A stretch of 64,000 nucleotides of DNA from Octopus sinensis (GCF_006345805.1 NC_043000.1:105338001-105402000); one strand, 5' to 3'; counted from the first letter of the stretch, positions 24,560-39,355 are shown. The notes: generated from the letters alone by a model not told the origin. Program-made: numbers and translations.

Positions 24560-24905
24560 ACGCTTATACTATAAATTACTTTCACGTATCAGCCTCCGAA
24601 TATAGTTCCCCATCATGTTTTCGTTATGTTATCCTTGGTAGCGGCGTTCGAAATCCAGTATATACTGGTGGAAGTGCTTGCCATACTCCTCCGAGTACGC
24701 TCCCATGTTTTCCTTGAATTTATCAAGATGAGCGTCAAGGATGTAGACTTCGAGGGAGATCCTGCAGCCCATTTTGCTGTAGTTCTTAACCAGGGTCTCA
24801 ACAAGCTCCACATAGTTTCCGGCCTTGTGATTCCCCAGGAAGACCCGAACCACTGCGATAAAGTTATTACACGCTGCTTTCTCCATACGAGTGATCTTTG
24901 GGAAT
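24560..24905 (-). mobile_element. Chapaev3-like (CMC superfamily) DNA transposase C-terminal fragment
   Basis: FLGNHKAGNYVELVETL..YSKMGCRISLEVYILDAHLDKFKENMGAYSEEYGKHFHQYILDFERRYQG resembles the FLGN..HSHLDFFP.NLG..SDEHGERFHQDI..ME.RYQG motif. CACTGTGT ends occur at 24102 and (inverted) 25990. The family name is from recall. Confidence 0.6.
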
Positions 24906-25089
24906 TCACTCTACACATATATTTCACTCTAATGTGGATATTAAAAATCAAATTGCTATTCTTTGTAAAACAGGTACATCATTTTCAAAAACCCAGATGC
25001 TACTGAAGAAAATCTCTAATTCATAAAGAGAATAGATCTACACTTCTAGAAAACACTTCTATCGCAATGAAGAAAGAATTTGGCATGTC

Positions 25090-25400
25090 TAGAATGGTAT
25101 AAGTGATAGGAGACTGAAAATTCTATTTCTTCAGGAAAGGAAGGAATGCTTCCAACAATTGCCAAAAGCACTTAAAACTGTTGAAAACTAAATTGTTTCT
25201 AGAAAGACCGTTATACGAAGGTTGAAAGATATCGGTTTTACCTGTAAAAGATGCGTTAAAAAAACTTCTGTTAATCACGAAAAAACAGATTGCACTTTTG
25301 GATCAGATATAGTAACATAACTCAGGCCGATTTCAGAAAGTCTTCTGAGATGACGAAACAAGATTTGAGCTTTGTAGTGATATCCCTAAGCGTAGCTTCG
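25090..25400 (+). mobile_element. Decayed Tc1-like transposase fragment
   Basis: SDRRLKIL..VSRKTVIRRLKDIGF and DETRFEL segments. Confidence 0.55.
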
Positions 25401-26767
25401 TAGAGCTGGTACCCATAACGTAAAAGCAGCAAAAACATGGTTTGTGAAAAACTCCTTGAAAACCATGCTCAGAGTCCAGACTCGTAACCTATATTTAGGC
25501 ATGTATTAGGCGCAGACATTTTCAAACTTGTTGCAAAAATTTGGGAGATGTGAAACATGGTTGAGACAATATTAACTTTCTTAGTACAAAATCTATCTCT
25601 TAGGTGCCCAAAATACTAACTAAAGAAAGCTAAGACAGATACTACTCCCAATTAATTCAAAGAAACCTTATTGCATAATCTTATTTCTTTTATGGTTTCT
25701 CTTTTCAAGATCCATTGGCAAATTAACTCGCGTAAATAACTGACTCTGAAGGCATAACAACTCTTTTGAATTACTAAATTATCTTTCTGATCATTTTCTC
25801 ACCCAAAAGAAATCTCTCGTATTTTAAGTATTTTAAGTGATGGAATCTATGTAATACAAATCCGAAAAACCTTCGAGGAAGCGTATTTACTCAATTGTTG
25901 ATATAGTAGGTACATCTCTGAAATATCTCATGAAAATCTCCGCCAACGGAGATTTTTTTCTCGATTTTAATTCAAATAGGCGACACAGTGACAAATGTGA
26001 TAGAGTTAAAAAATAGAAAAGAAAAGGATGCTGACTTTACACAATAAAGGTTTCAAACTTCGAAATAGAGTTGTGTTGGTCACATTTCCTGCCTACAACA
26101 ATATACAAGGAGTCACAAACAAACATTCTCGTGGCGACTCTTGTCAGAATTCCGTTTCTCTGAATTGTTTTCTAACGATATTTTCAGTCATTCAAAATAA
26201 ATTTCTAGTCACAAACACCATCCCAGATTACTCAAACGTTTGTTGTTTGGATGATTTGAGAAGTAAGGGTAAGCTTTAACACAGACACGAAATAATAACC
26301 ATGTACTTAGTGACTGAGAGTAGTGCACTTGCAGCAGAAGAGATATTCCAACAATATGGAATAGCTTAAACGTTCGGTTAGGAAAAGTGCGGCAACACAT
26401 TTTACTTTAGTCACGAACCTCTTAAAAGATTTCACCACCTACCATGTACTCAGATCTACTTCAGTCATGAACTTCATAGTTACATAGTTACGCGTTGCTC
26501 CCTACTTTCTCTCTGTTATTCTACCTCTCTTTCCTCCTTCCTCTCTGCACATACATCACCGCACACTCACATACACATACACAAACACACGCACGCACAT
26601 ACACGCGCAGACATACACACACACACGTACACACATTTATATGTATGTATACGTATATATATATAGATAGATAGATAGCTACACAATATATATATACACA
26701 TAAATATGCATATATATATGCATGTATATAACCACACGCATATGTATGTGTATACATACGCAAGTAT

Positions 26768-26812
<45 letters not shown>

Positions 26813-27012
26813 AATATTATATATATATATTATATATGTATGTATATATATATGTATTTATATATATATATATATACGAATTTATATATATATATGTATG
26901 TATGTATGTTTGTATGTATGTATGTATGTATGTATATATATATGTATATATATATGTGTGTGTGTGTGTTGTGTGTGTGTATGTATCCGTGCCTGTGTGT
27001 GTATTTAGTACG

Positions 27013-27083
<71 letters not shown>

Positions 27084-28258
27084 TGTCAATACCTACATCC
27101 CACTCACGAAACTGATCCATAGGATAGCCAATAATCTAATCATGAATGACCGGATATACACACATTAACACACCCAATACCATCACACACACACACGTGC
27201 ACGCACGCACACACACCACACACTCATACATACACCCTGAATATCCATTTTGTTACTTCATGTTTCATTTATGGAAGGATATCGATTCTATATAGCATGA
27301 GTCGGCGTTTCTTCATCATAGCGATATTGAATCAGATCTCATCACACACCCATATATGTATGTCTATGGCACGTGTGTGGCGAGGTTATTGAATTATGGA
27401 AGCCAAGGTCGTCTATATAGAATTATGACGGCGGCGGCAGTAGTGGCGGCGGTTACAACGGCAATGTTGATGATGATAATGATGATGATGATGATGATGA
27501 TGGGTGGGGGTAATGGTGGTGTTGGTGACGGTGATGGTAGTAAGGATTATGATAACGTAATACTTTATAGAGATAGATATCGTAGCGATATAACGTGGAT
27601 ATGAGGACAAAATATTGACGTACCACTGAAACGACATTGCGATGATGTAATACAAAATCTCATTGATTTTGTTACATTGAAACGAAACAATAGGAATGTA
27701 ACACGTCAATGTTACAACGATGCCGTTTAAATGATGCTACGGTGATGCTATAATGATAAGGTAGCGCTGAGATGATGTCAGAATGGTGTGCCATAGCACG
27801 TTACAACAGCAACGTTGAAACGATGTCATTAGTGGGTGGTACATATAATGGCGACGTTAAAATGACATCATGAGTAGGTAACAGTGGTCAGCTGTTTTTA
27901 TTGCAAGGTTCTACTGGTAGTTTTTAAAGACGTGTATGCATTTTCGTCTTAATGAACGTTTGATATAGCTGTCAGGAAAATCCTTTTCTCCGGTTAGCAT
28001 TGCGAACGGTTAAAATGAAAGGCCGTTTGGACTGATCTTATGCCTCTGCCTCCATTTCTCTGTTTGATATAAATCTTGCCAATGTCACTGTTGTGGAAGT
28101 TATCATTAGTTCGATATGTCTTTGTAGTTCCGATGTCCAAGCTTAGTGACCAAAATGTTGGTACTAACACTAGTACTGCAAACGCTTGTATGTATGCATG
28201 TACCACGCTCACACACACAAAGCCAACACACACATGCCTTGTTAACCCACAAAGTATA

Positions 28259-29117
28259 CGAGGTGGTACCCAAAAGTAACCGGAGCCACCCAAAAGTAAC
28301 CGGCAACGTTCTCTATGGGACAAACCCACGTTGTAGTTCAGGCTTCCGCCGCTAGAAGCCACTTGATGCGACCTCCAGGCATCAGTCTGTCGACAGGCAT
28401 CGTCGGGTGAAGTCGTACTGCCACGTAATGCATTTTTGTTTTGCTGTGTTTCTCCCCTGTTCGTTGATTTTTGCGATGGCTGAAACGAAGGAACAGAGTA
28501 CTTCCGTGAAATTCTGTTTTCTGATGAGGAAAACGGCAGCCGAAACAGTTGTCACGCTTCAAACAGCTTACAAGGACGCTGCCATGAGCAAAACACAAGT
28601 TTACCAGTAGTTTCCACGCTTTAGGAATGCTCACTTGTCGCTTGGAAACCAACCTTATTCAGGACGATCGTCGACCTCCAGAACGAATGAAAATATGAAA
28701 ATTGGAGGACCGTCACTGAACAATTGACGAACTTGTTGATATGACTGGTGTGTCCTGGAGCTCCTGTCAACGAATTTTGAAAAGAGTTGCAACAAAATTT
28801 GTGCCTCACTTGCTCGCTGAAGATCAAAAGCAGTAATGACTGAATATGTGTCGTGAACTTTTTTCGAAAGTCATCATTGGTAACGAAAGCTAGTGATACC
28901 GAATTTGCAGATGTGGAAGAGGTGAAGAAGAAACAACGGAGGCGTTAAAATGCATCACTTCGCTAGAGTTCCAGCACAGATTCGAATAGTGGAAAAAGCG
29001 CCTGGACTGTTGCATCGCTTCAAGTGGAGAATATTCTGAAGGCGATAAAAGTGTAAATATGTAAAACTAAGTGAAGATAATATTCCAAAATTCCGAGGTT
29101 TGGGGAGTACCCCTTCA
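28259..29117 (+). mobile_element. Internally deleted mariner transposon
   Basis: MAETKEQSTSVKFCFLMRKTAAETVVTLQTAYKDAAMSKTQVYQ*F..SGRSSTS (HTH region) and FSKVIIGNES jump directly to the C-terminal FADVEEVKKKTTEALK..WKKRLDCCIASSGEYSEG. Degenerate TA-flanked termini. Confidence 0.85.
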
Positions 29118-29204
29118 TATATACATACAAATATACATACATACATACATACATACATACATACATACATACATACATACATACATACATACATACATAC
29201 ATAC

Positions 29205-30320
29205 AAGACTTGAGTGACATTCTTTGCTCCATGAGTAACATTCTTTGTCTGATAAGCTAGAATACATGCCCAAAGAAGTTGCACGACTAACGTATCGTAT
29301 CATCAGATGAAAGGATGAGCCCATATGAGCAGAATATTATTCATGGATATGTTAGAAAGCTCCGAGATGATAGTAACATCGATCATCAAAGAAATTTATC
29401 ATGAACCAATAGCCGGATTACTATCTCCCACTTTGAAGGGTATGCGTTTGCAATCCAGGAACAGGAAATATCAACCAAGTATCTGATGCACAAATGGGAT
29501 AGAGATGCAGGAAAAGCAGTAAAATGTGAAAACCTATACAGACTTTGTGAAGTTAACACCGAATATATCACCTACATCATAAGCAGTTGTTCTAAAATGT
29601 CATCACGGTATTATCTAAGGATGCGACATGATGTTGTAGCTAGGACACTCTATAATGAAATCCGTCGGAAGGATAACCCCGAGGTCGAAGAAACAAGAAC
29701 CCACAGTTTGGTAGAAGCCATAACCACTCAAAATACAAAGGAGCACTGGTGGAATGTCCCAGGGAAGACCTCAATAAAATGTAAGTACAACAGACCTGGT
29801 ATAATGATATGGGACAGAGAAGAGAAACTGTGCACGGTTGTGGAAATTAGCTGCCCAGCGGATGTTAATATAAAGCTGAAGATCAGTGAAAAAGAGAACA
29901 CCTACGCTGAACTATTGAGAAATCTGCAGTTACTCTATCCAGATTACAAGTTCAAGTTTATACCTGTAATTACTGTGGCCCTGGGATATGTAACACACTG
30001 CCTAAATACCAATCTTGAGAAATTAGGCTTCTCAAAACCAGAAAGGAGAAAGCTAATTCGAAGACTACAGATGCAATCCATCACTGGAAGTGTAAAAATC
30101 TGTAAAACTTTCCAAAGGTTTATCATTTAAATATATATGAGCATGTCTAGATTTGCAACTATATTTATGAGAATACATACATAAAGTAAAACATAAACAT
30201 AAACATACAAACATACATACAAACAAGAATACCCTGTTGATGTTGAAATTCCAATGGAGGAGCCTTAAAAGCGGCTCTTTCTCTTTAGGCAAGAACTCTT
30301 TAAATAAAATTGAACAATGT
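29205..30320 (+). mobile_element. 5'-truncated RLE-type non-LTR retrotransposon (R4/Dong-like): zinc-knuckle remnant, restriction-like endonuclease and 3' UTR
   Basis: ORF 29486-30130 has RLC..E.I..I.S.C, RHD.V, RP[G]IMIWD..EK..VVEISCP.D and EK..Y motifs. Flanked on both sides by (CATA)n. Confidence 0.85.
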
Positions 30321-30377
30321 CATACATACATACATACATACATACATACATACATACATACATACGTGCGTACGTGC

Positions 30378-30447
<70 letters not shown>

Positions 30448-30578
30448 GTGTGTGTGTGTGTGCGTGCATATATATATATATATTTGCGTGCGAAACATTG
30501 TTATTGTTTTCACACTTCAAAGCAACCGAATTTATCAAATATCCACCAACTTTGCTTTCAATATTATAGTTAAGGCTG

Positions 30579-30795
30579 GGGCGGCGGGCTGGCGGAATCG
30601 TAGCCCACCGGGCAAGATGCTTAGCGGCATTTCCTCCGTATCTGCGTTCTGAGTTCAAATTTCGCCCAGGTCGACTTCGTCTTTCATCCTTTCAGGGTCG
30701 ATAAAATAAGTTCCAGTTGAGTACTGGGGTCGATGTAATCGACATACTCCTTCCCCCGAAATTGTTGGCCGTGTGTGCAAAATTTAAAATCAATA
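30579..30795 (+). mobile_element. SINE family A
   Basis: CTGGCGGAATCGTAGC..GAGTTCAAATTTCGCCCAGGTCGACTTCG..GGGGTCGATGTAATCGAC. Confidence 0.8.
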
Positions 30796-30834
30796 TTATA
30801 GTTGGGGCTATGTGATATTATAGCTTGAAATCAC

Positions 30835-31110
30835 GCTATAGAAATGATATCATTATCGTTTAACATGAAAGTGATATTATGAAATATAAACTTAGATATA
30901 GCATCTTTAAAAGACCGAGAGAAGATACCGAAACAGTAGAGTGTCGCACTAATTGATTGACAGTAAGAAATTGGGCGCAAATTTTTAAGAGTTGTGTCAT
31001 ACAAATACATGGATTTCAGTTGTATACTGCATTTTAGGCAACATTTTTCTATCGTAGACTCCGGACGGACAAAGCTGTGTGGATGAAATTGAATACAGGG
31101 GAACTTAATC
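30835..31110 (-). mobile_element. Possible decayed LINE RT fragment
   Basis: LKNLRPISY resembles the N.RPISL motif of RT domain 1. Weak support. Confidence 0.3.
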
Positions 31111-31454
31111 ATCCATCATCTGGTTTAATGACACCATTTTGTCCTTGGGAGCCTCATGTGGAGTCTATGGCGTTGCTAGCATTTGGGTCGGGTTTTAAGT
31201 GGAATGATAACATCCTCTCTTGTGCCCACTAATCTCAGAGGACTTATAAAAGGTCATCAGAGCTAGCCTTACTCCTTTGATTCAATCGTGCGATTTCCTT
31301 CTACACTCAGTATTCAAATACAATAGGGATCCTTTTTTATCTTTCCCCTGAGAAGACAAAATAAATACTAGACAGGCGTTAAGAGTGAATAAATCAACAA
31401 TACACCCGACGCTTTACAAATTTGAAAGAAATACTTTTCATATAAAGCAGGAAG

Positions 31455-31665
31455 AGGCGGTGAGTTGGCAGAATCGTTAGCACGCCGACCAAATTGCTTA
31501 ACGTCATTTTGTCCGTCCCAGCACTCTGAGTTCAAATGCCGCTGAGATCGACTTTACCTTTCATTCCTTCGGGGTCAATAAAATAAGTGCCAGTCAAGCA
31601 CTGATGTTGACTGAATCGACTTGCCCCCTTCCTCAAAATTGCTGGCCTTACACCAAAATTTGAAA
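31455..31665 (+). mobile_element. SINE family A
   Basis: GAGTTGGCAGAATCGTTAGCACGCCG..GAGTTCAAATGCCGCTGAGATCGACTTTACC. Confidence 0.8.
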
Positions 31666-32214
31666 CCCATATAAAACATGATGTAGGAATCGTTCAACCA
31701 CATGGGTTAGATATCAGCGGTTGTTATTGTTGCTGTTATCGTTGTTGTTGTTACTTGACCCCATGTCAACTCCGATCCTGCACAGACATATGGTCTAATA
31801 TTTTTCCAGCCACCAATATCATTTCGTTTGTTAGTGTGCCTTTCCCCAATTTAAGACAGTACAGTGTGGTTTGAGGGACATTTGGTTGGTCGAAAGACAG
31901 CGTATAGGCTCGTTGATTTGTGAGAAAATTCTATGAGAAAACTGTTATGCGGAGAAAGTGGTGTTGCCAACAGTCTGACAGAGTGAACAAAAGAATTATT
32001 CATCAGAGGGTCCCAGAGTCACAACGGTTACTACGTCTACGTGTATATTTATGCTTTTGCCAGTTTTGGGAGGTGGTCGCCGTATGTTCGTGAGTGTATA
32101 AAAGATTGTATATTTCTATGTAAACAATCGCAGATTGTGTGCGTACCTCTACGTAAGAATGATTTTTCTTGTATATTTGCGTGCGTTTGCGTGTTTCCGC
32201 ATACGCAAATCTAC

Positions 32215-32247
<33 letters not shown>

Positions 32248-32649
32248 TATGGATATGAATGTGAAAATATGTGTAAGAAACGTGCATACTTATGCGTGAT
32301 TACGTAAGAATGTATATATATATGTATGTGTATGTATGACTGTGTGAGTGTGTGTGTGTCTGTGTTGTTTATGACTTTTTTCTCTGATGTGAATTTACTT
32401 TTAGATACGAGGATAAAATTTTTTTACTGTTTGTGGGGTGTGTGTTTAGGAAATACATGTGTGTATGTGTGTATGTGTGTGTGAGTGCATGTGTACGTGT
32501 GTGTGAGTATGTGTATGTGTGTGTGTAGTATACGTATATATACATGTATAGATATACTTATGGACGTTCATATGAGTATGTATATATGTATATATATGTG
32601 AGTGTGTGTGTGTGTGTGTGTACATATATATATATATATTATCTATCTA

Positions 32650-32686
<37 letters not shown>

Positions 32687-32747
32687 GTATATATATATAT
32701 GTATATATGCTTATATATTATATATATATGTATATATATATACATAT

Positions 32748-32833
<86 letters not shown>

Positions 32834-34257
32834 CATATATATATACATATATACATATGTTTATATGTATGTATATAGCTATAGTTGTATATGCAGAAAG
32901 AAGAGGGTGGGAAGGAGGAGAGAGAGAAATATACACATATGTTGAAGCATGTGTGTACATTACATACATAAAAAAAATATACATCCTGACACGTAACTAT
33001 TTATAAATTATTTTGAGATGTGTTTACTTATAAATTAGATCATTATTTAGAATAGCCTGCTACGGTCTGGAACCTGGTTTTATTTCATCCAGCATTGAAA
33101 CACTTGAACAAGCTGAGAATGAAGTCAGTAGTAGTAGTAGTAGTAGTAGTAGTAGCAGTAGGAGGAGGAGGAGGAGGAAAAGTTAATGATGATGTGAAGG
33201 AGAGGGAAGGAGAAGGACGTTAGTGCTCTTGTAGTTTTTTTTTGTTACTCTTCAGTGTTGTTGTTGTTGGTGGTGGTGGTGGTGGTGGTGGTGGTGCTAG
33301 TGCTGGTGCTGGTGGTGCAGGTGGTGCGGGTGGAGCCGATGGTGCGGGTGGAGCCGATGGTGCTGGTGGTTCTAATGGTATTGGAGTAGGTGCAGGTGCT
33401 GGTGTTCATCCCCTTTTACTGTATAGACCCATTATCATAGAATTCTGTGTTACAGGTTTTAAATATATCAATTGACCCATTTAAACATTTTCCCCCTTTT
33501 TTTTTCATCCTAATTGATACCTTATACTATGTTGAGGAAACGAGTATCAATAATTACATCGAAAATGCTTGAATTATCCAGGGTGAACATTCTGATACCT
33601 AGTTATTCTATTCTCTTACGGAAGAGAGTTATAAATAGCTAGGTTGGAAACATACGACTAAGTTATTGATGTTCCCTTCCACAATGCACAAAAAGAAAAA
33701 ACAGTTAAATTAAAGCTTCCTCCTTGAGTCATGCCAGCTCATAAAGGCCGGTTTCCTGGTTTCTATGGCGTATATATTCCCCAGCTGGACAGAATGCGGG
33801 TCCGTTGCAGGATTACTCATTTTTGCCAGCTGATCAAACTGACGCAACATGAAATGAAGTGTTTTGCTAAAGAAGGCAACACGTCAACCGGTCCAGAATC
33901 GAAACCACAATCTTGCGATCATGAGTCCAACACCCCTAACCACTAAACCATGCGCCTCCACATTTTCACAATACAGAAGAATACTAATCATTCAGTCTGG
34001 CTAGTTGATACATTTGTTACCTGATCACTGATACCCAATATTCATATCTCTAATATAACCAAAGTATTTAGAGAGTTCGAATTATACGACTTGGTTAAAT
34101 GTAACAAGTCCTTCTGCAGGTATTCTTTTTAACTGTAGAATGTTACGTCAATGTCCTTGGCAAATAATGAAACATTTTAGTAATATATACTACTGAAGTC
34201 GCCGAAAAAGGACGGAAAAATAGTAAATATGATAGTGCGCTTAACACCACAACTATA

Positions 34258-34594
34258 AATGGTTCCGGGTTCAGTCCCACTACGTTGCATCTTGGGCAAG
34301 TGTCTTCTACTATAATCTCGGGCCGACCAAAGGCTTGTGAGTAGATTTGGTAGGCGGAAACTGAAAAAATCCCGTCGACGTGTGGGGGGAGTGTTTGTCT
34401 CTCGCTACCGCTTGGCAACCGGTGTTGGTTTGTTTACGTCCCCCGTAACGAAGAGGTTCAGCAAAAGGGACCGATAGAATAAGTACCAGATTATAAAAAT
34501 AAAATAAGTACTGGGGTCGATTCATTCGACTAAACAAATTATTCAAGGCGGTGCTCCAGCATGGCTGCAGTTTAATGACTGAAACAAGTAAAAG
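34258..34594 (+). mobile_element. SINE family B, A-box region missing
   Basis: ATGGTTCCGGGTTCAGTCCCACT..GGGCAAGTGTCTTCTACTAT..GACTGAAACAAGTAAAAG. Confidence 0.8.
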
Positions 34595-34894
34595 CTACAA
34601 AGTAAATTAAACCAAAAGTTTTATTGGTAATTTGCAAGATATCTGAAGAATATACTCTGGTGTAAAATGATTAAATATTCTTAAACAGACTCACGTTTAT
34701 GCTAAAATTGAAAATTCAAACAATAATTATGATTATTTTGCATGAAATGAAGTTAAATGCTTTTGCAGATGGCTTGTCCTACAACTTGATATGTTAGGTA
34801 GAATGCCAACAACCAAAATACCACTTCAGATATCTAGTGGCTACAACGACCCAGACACCACATACATACATACACACACACGCACACACACGCA

Positions 34895-34954
<60 letters not shown>

Positions 34955-35277
34955 CACACACACAAACACACACACAAACACACACATACACTTGAACCTA
35001 GATATATTCGTGTATTATTTGCAGAAGCATGAGTTTATGAACATGTATGTATTTACATGCTTACTGGTGTGCAGGTGCGGTTTCATATGAATGCACATGC
35101 ATATATGTACGTATGTGGATCCATATATCTAAATACGTACGTGTATTGTACTTACCGGTATATATGCTTATATATGTGCATCTGTATAAAGGTATCGCTG
35201 TATGTAATACTAATTGTGTCAGTATATAAAGGCCTACTTAGTGAGTTTCACAAGTTAAATCTGGTATGTATACTGTT

Positions 35278-35376
<99 letters not shown>

Positions 35377-35859
35377 ACCGCTAAATTATGTGATGGTATT
35401 TGGTTGCTGGCCTAACAGCTAGCATATCGAATTACAGGTCAAGGTATCTGTAATATTATTTCACTTGATTTCATTCAATAATACTATGATTATCGTTTGA
35501 AATAATTCATTTTAATATGAACGTGGAACTATTTATGTATATTCAGACATTTAGCCTCAAATAAAATCTTTAAGATTTAGTTTCACATTAAAATTATTAA
35601 GTTTTATTATACATTAACTATGTTGGTACAATTTGGTAGGACCTAGAACCACAACAATCAGTCAAGCTTAGAACCTCTTCCGACATCACATATTTTCTCT
35701 CCTCTCCAGTCGCTGTTTAACGTTTAACGCTGTACCACTTTCTTATTCGCTACGCCCAGGAAATATATATATATATACATATATACGTATAGGCATATCG
35801 AAACTGAAAATGAAAATAAAAGAACAAAAATCAGTAGGGCGTATACAGTAAATGTTTTA

Positions 35860-36015
35860 GGTTGACGCTCAGTTTAAGATGGAAAAAAGAGGTGGTGTGC
35901 AACGTTTCGAGCATGGCTCTTCGTCAGAAAGAAGAGGAAAGGTTTGGAGAGAAGGAAAAAAGTCCAAGAAAAACACGGGCGTGGTTACATGTCTCTCTAT
36001 ATATATGGTGTATGT

Positions 36016-36054
<39 letters not shown>

Positions 36055-36295
36055 TGTGTGCGTGTGAGTTTGTGTGTGTGTATATATATACATACACATA
36101 CAAACTCACACATACAAACTCACACACATATATAAAGGGAGAGAGAAAGAGAAAGAGCGAGAGAGAGAAATAGCGAGTGAGAGAGAGAAATAGCGAGTGA
36201 GAGAGAGAAAGAGCAAGAGAGAGAGAGCCATGTAACGATGCGCGTGCTTTTCTTGGACATTTTTAACTTCTCTCCAAACCTTTCCTCCATACCGC
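35860..36295. repeat. Penelope-like LTR remnant with a hammerhead core and a ~70-bp inverted partner
   Basis: Minus strand CTGACGAAGAGCCATGCTCGAAACGTT at 35901-35927. 35935-36000 is inverted relative to 36222-36288. The same family occurs at 60780-60930. Confidence 0.5.
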
Positions 36296-36328
<33 letters not shown>

Positions 36329-36836
36329 TGTATGTATGTATGTATGTATGTATGTATGTATGTATGCATGTATGTATGCATGTATGCATGTATGCATGTA
36401 TGTATGTATGTATGTAAGATTTTAAAAAGTGAACTATAAAAATACAGCTGTCGGTTATATGCTTCCTATGACACACAATCTGCTTCACCTGCATTCCTTG
36501 TTTAATGTTGTGCTAGTGGTAATGTTTCTTCTCAATTCGCAAAGAACAAAACAGAATTAACCGTGTACACTACAACACAGCTTGGATAACTGAAAAAAAA
36601 AGGCTGGATGGTCACGACTGGAATAACTTTCACCTCGAACTAAACAACATCAACAGTTAAATGTCAGAACATATATAACGACCAGGATGCCAAACGATGA
36701 TGATGATCGAAGAGGATAGTTATAGCTTTCATTGCTAAGAGATAATACAGCCAAATAAATACACGCGTACACATACACACCACGTACTGAAACAGATACA
36801 CATACTGGAACACACGCATAGCACACATACACACAT

Positions 36837-36911
<75 letters not shown>

Positions 36912-37612
36912 TACTGATATATCCAGGGACAGACACGCAGACACTCTCATAAGCGATCTCAGCCACACACCCAAGCACTTGTACAACCACACACTAAGAC
37001 AACCACACACACACACACACACACACTTTTGCGCGCACGCCGCACACAAACAACCATACAGACACACAAGCATACACATACACAACCACACAATAACAAA
37101 CGTATACATTTGCCTACACACATTTTCGCATACTTGTGTACCATTGACGCTGTAATAAAAATGGTTTTTACTCCATCACATCAACCAAGATACCTTATAA
37201 AAGGTGGTGGTGGTGGTGGTGGTGGTGAAGGTGGTGGTGGTGGTGGTGGTGGTGGTGGTTGTGGTGGTGGTGGTTGTGGTGGAGGTGGTGGTGGTGGTGG
37301 TGGTGTGGTGGTGGTGGTGGTGGTGGTGGTGGTGGTGTGGTGGTGGTGGTGGTGAAGAAGAAGACGATATTGTTTTGTTCAGAATGATTTTGGATGGAAG
37401 GATAATAATGATATTGTTAACGTTGCTATATGCATACTGATGATGTTTTTGTTAGTGTTCTCGTTGTTGTTGATGTTACTGCTGATGATGACATTGATGC
37501 TATTTCTGCTGTTGTTGTTGTTGTTGTTGTTGTTGAAATTGTAGTTGTTGTTTGTTGATGTTTTTGTTGTTGTTCCTGTTGATGCTGTTGCTGTCGCTAC
37601 TGTTGCTGCTGT

Positions 37613-37644
<32 letters not shown>

Positions 37645-38054
37645 TTGCTGCTGCTGCTGTTGTTGTTCTTGTTGGGGGGGGGTGATGTTGTAGTTGTTGT
37701 TGTTGTTGTTGTTGTTGAATAGCCCTGGAGATCTTTGCTTCAGTAGGCGTACAGCAAGGAGATAGCTGAGCGAAATAAATAAATAAATAAATAAATAAAT
37801 AAAAAAATAAATTGAATTTCGAAAAAGAAAGCAGATATTGCTTGAAGAGTGTTCTATCTGTAAGCTGTGCCTTCTTTAATATGGAACATATCTGTCTTGA
37901 GATTTAAGACATAAAACATGCGATTTCGATCCCTAAAGATCAAAGAGAGATTGTTGGGGGAACAATCGGCGGCCATATTGGACTGATAGAAAGACATGGT
38001 CCATTCTGCTGTATATTTATTGTAGTGTATTATACATACATACATATATATATA

Positions 38055-38096
<42 letters not shown>

Positions 38097-38124
38097 ATAC
38101 ATACATACAAACATACATACATAC

Positions 38125-38156
<32 letters not shown>

Positions 38157-38526
38157 ACATATATATAGACACACACACACATATATATACACACATTCAT
38201 ACATATATACAGATATACATACACACACACGCACACATATATATACTGTGTAATGTATATTATATTGTATTGTATGTATAATATTTTGTAAAGCATATAT
38301 AATATATATTAACTTGTGTATTATATATCGTATATTTATTATATTATATATATATATATATATAATGTTTTATACTATATTGCATGCTTTATACATTGCA
38401 TATTTATTGTGTGTATGTGTGTGTGTATGTTTATATCTTCATGAATATAACCATATATAAGTATATATATATGTGTGTATGTATGTAGGTATACATGCAA
38501 GTATATACGTGTATATATATATATAC

Positions 38527-38678
<152 letters not shown>

Positions 38679-39282
38679 AGAGTGAGGGAGAGGGAGACAG
38701 GTGCATATGTCTCCACTGCTTCATTCCCTAACAACTGTATCCGATGACTATTGACGCCATAAGGGTAACAGTACTGTCTAAGGCATCGATATCGTAAAAA
38801 TCCCCAGAGAAAAGGCTGATGAGGAGTAGCTTTGTATCTTAACTCCATTATTTAGTTTGTATCTTAACTCTATTTATGATATTGATGCGTATAGTCTCAT
38901 TTTCTTGCTTATCATGATTACATATGTGTGACTGTATGTATATGCGTGAGCGTGCGTGTGTGTGTGTATTTATGCGTATGGATGCGTGGTGTGATTGTGC
39001 GTGTGTGTGTATTTATGTCTTTGTGTATGTGTGTATGCTTTTGAGTGTGAGTGTTTGTGTGAGCGTGTGCATGTGTTTACAATTGTAGTTAAGGGCGGAA
39101 GAAATCATATCTAAAATAAGCTACTCATTACATTAAATAGAGAATATGTAAATATATTTAATGATAAATTACTCTTCCGTTGCATTTCTGGAGTATTTAT
39201 CAGAGTATATATAGTACTGGGATCGATGGTATCGGCTAATCTCCTCCCCACAAAGTTCTTGGCCAAAATTTTATTAATACTA

Positions 39283-39355
<73 letters not shown>

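Noticed and set aside
33242-33475. Gly/Ala-rich ORF (silk- or structural-protein-like)
   Set aside because: Derived from a degenerate (GGT/GCT)n tract, short, and without start or splice context.
38816-38848. CTGATGAGGAGT..ACTCC hammerhead-like stem II
   Set aside because: It is followed by ATTA instead of GAAA.
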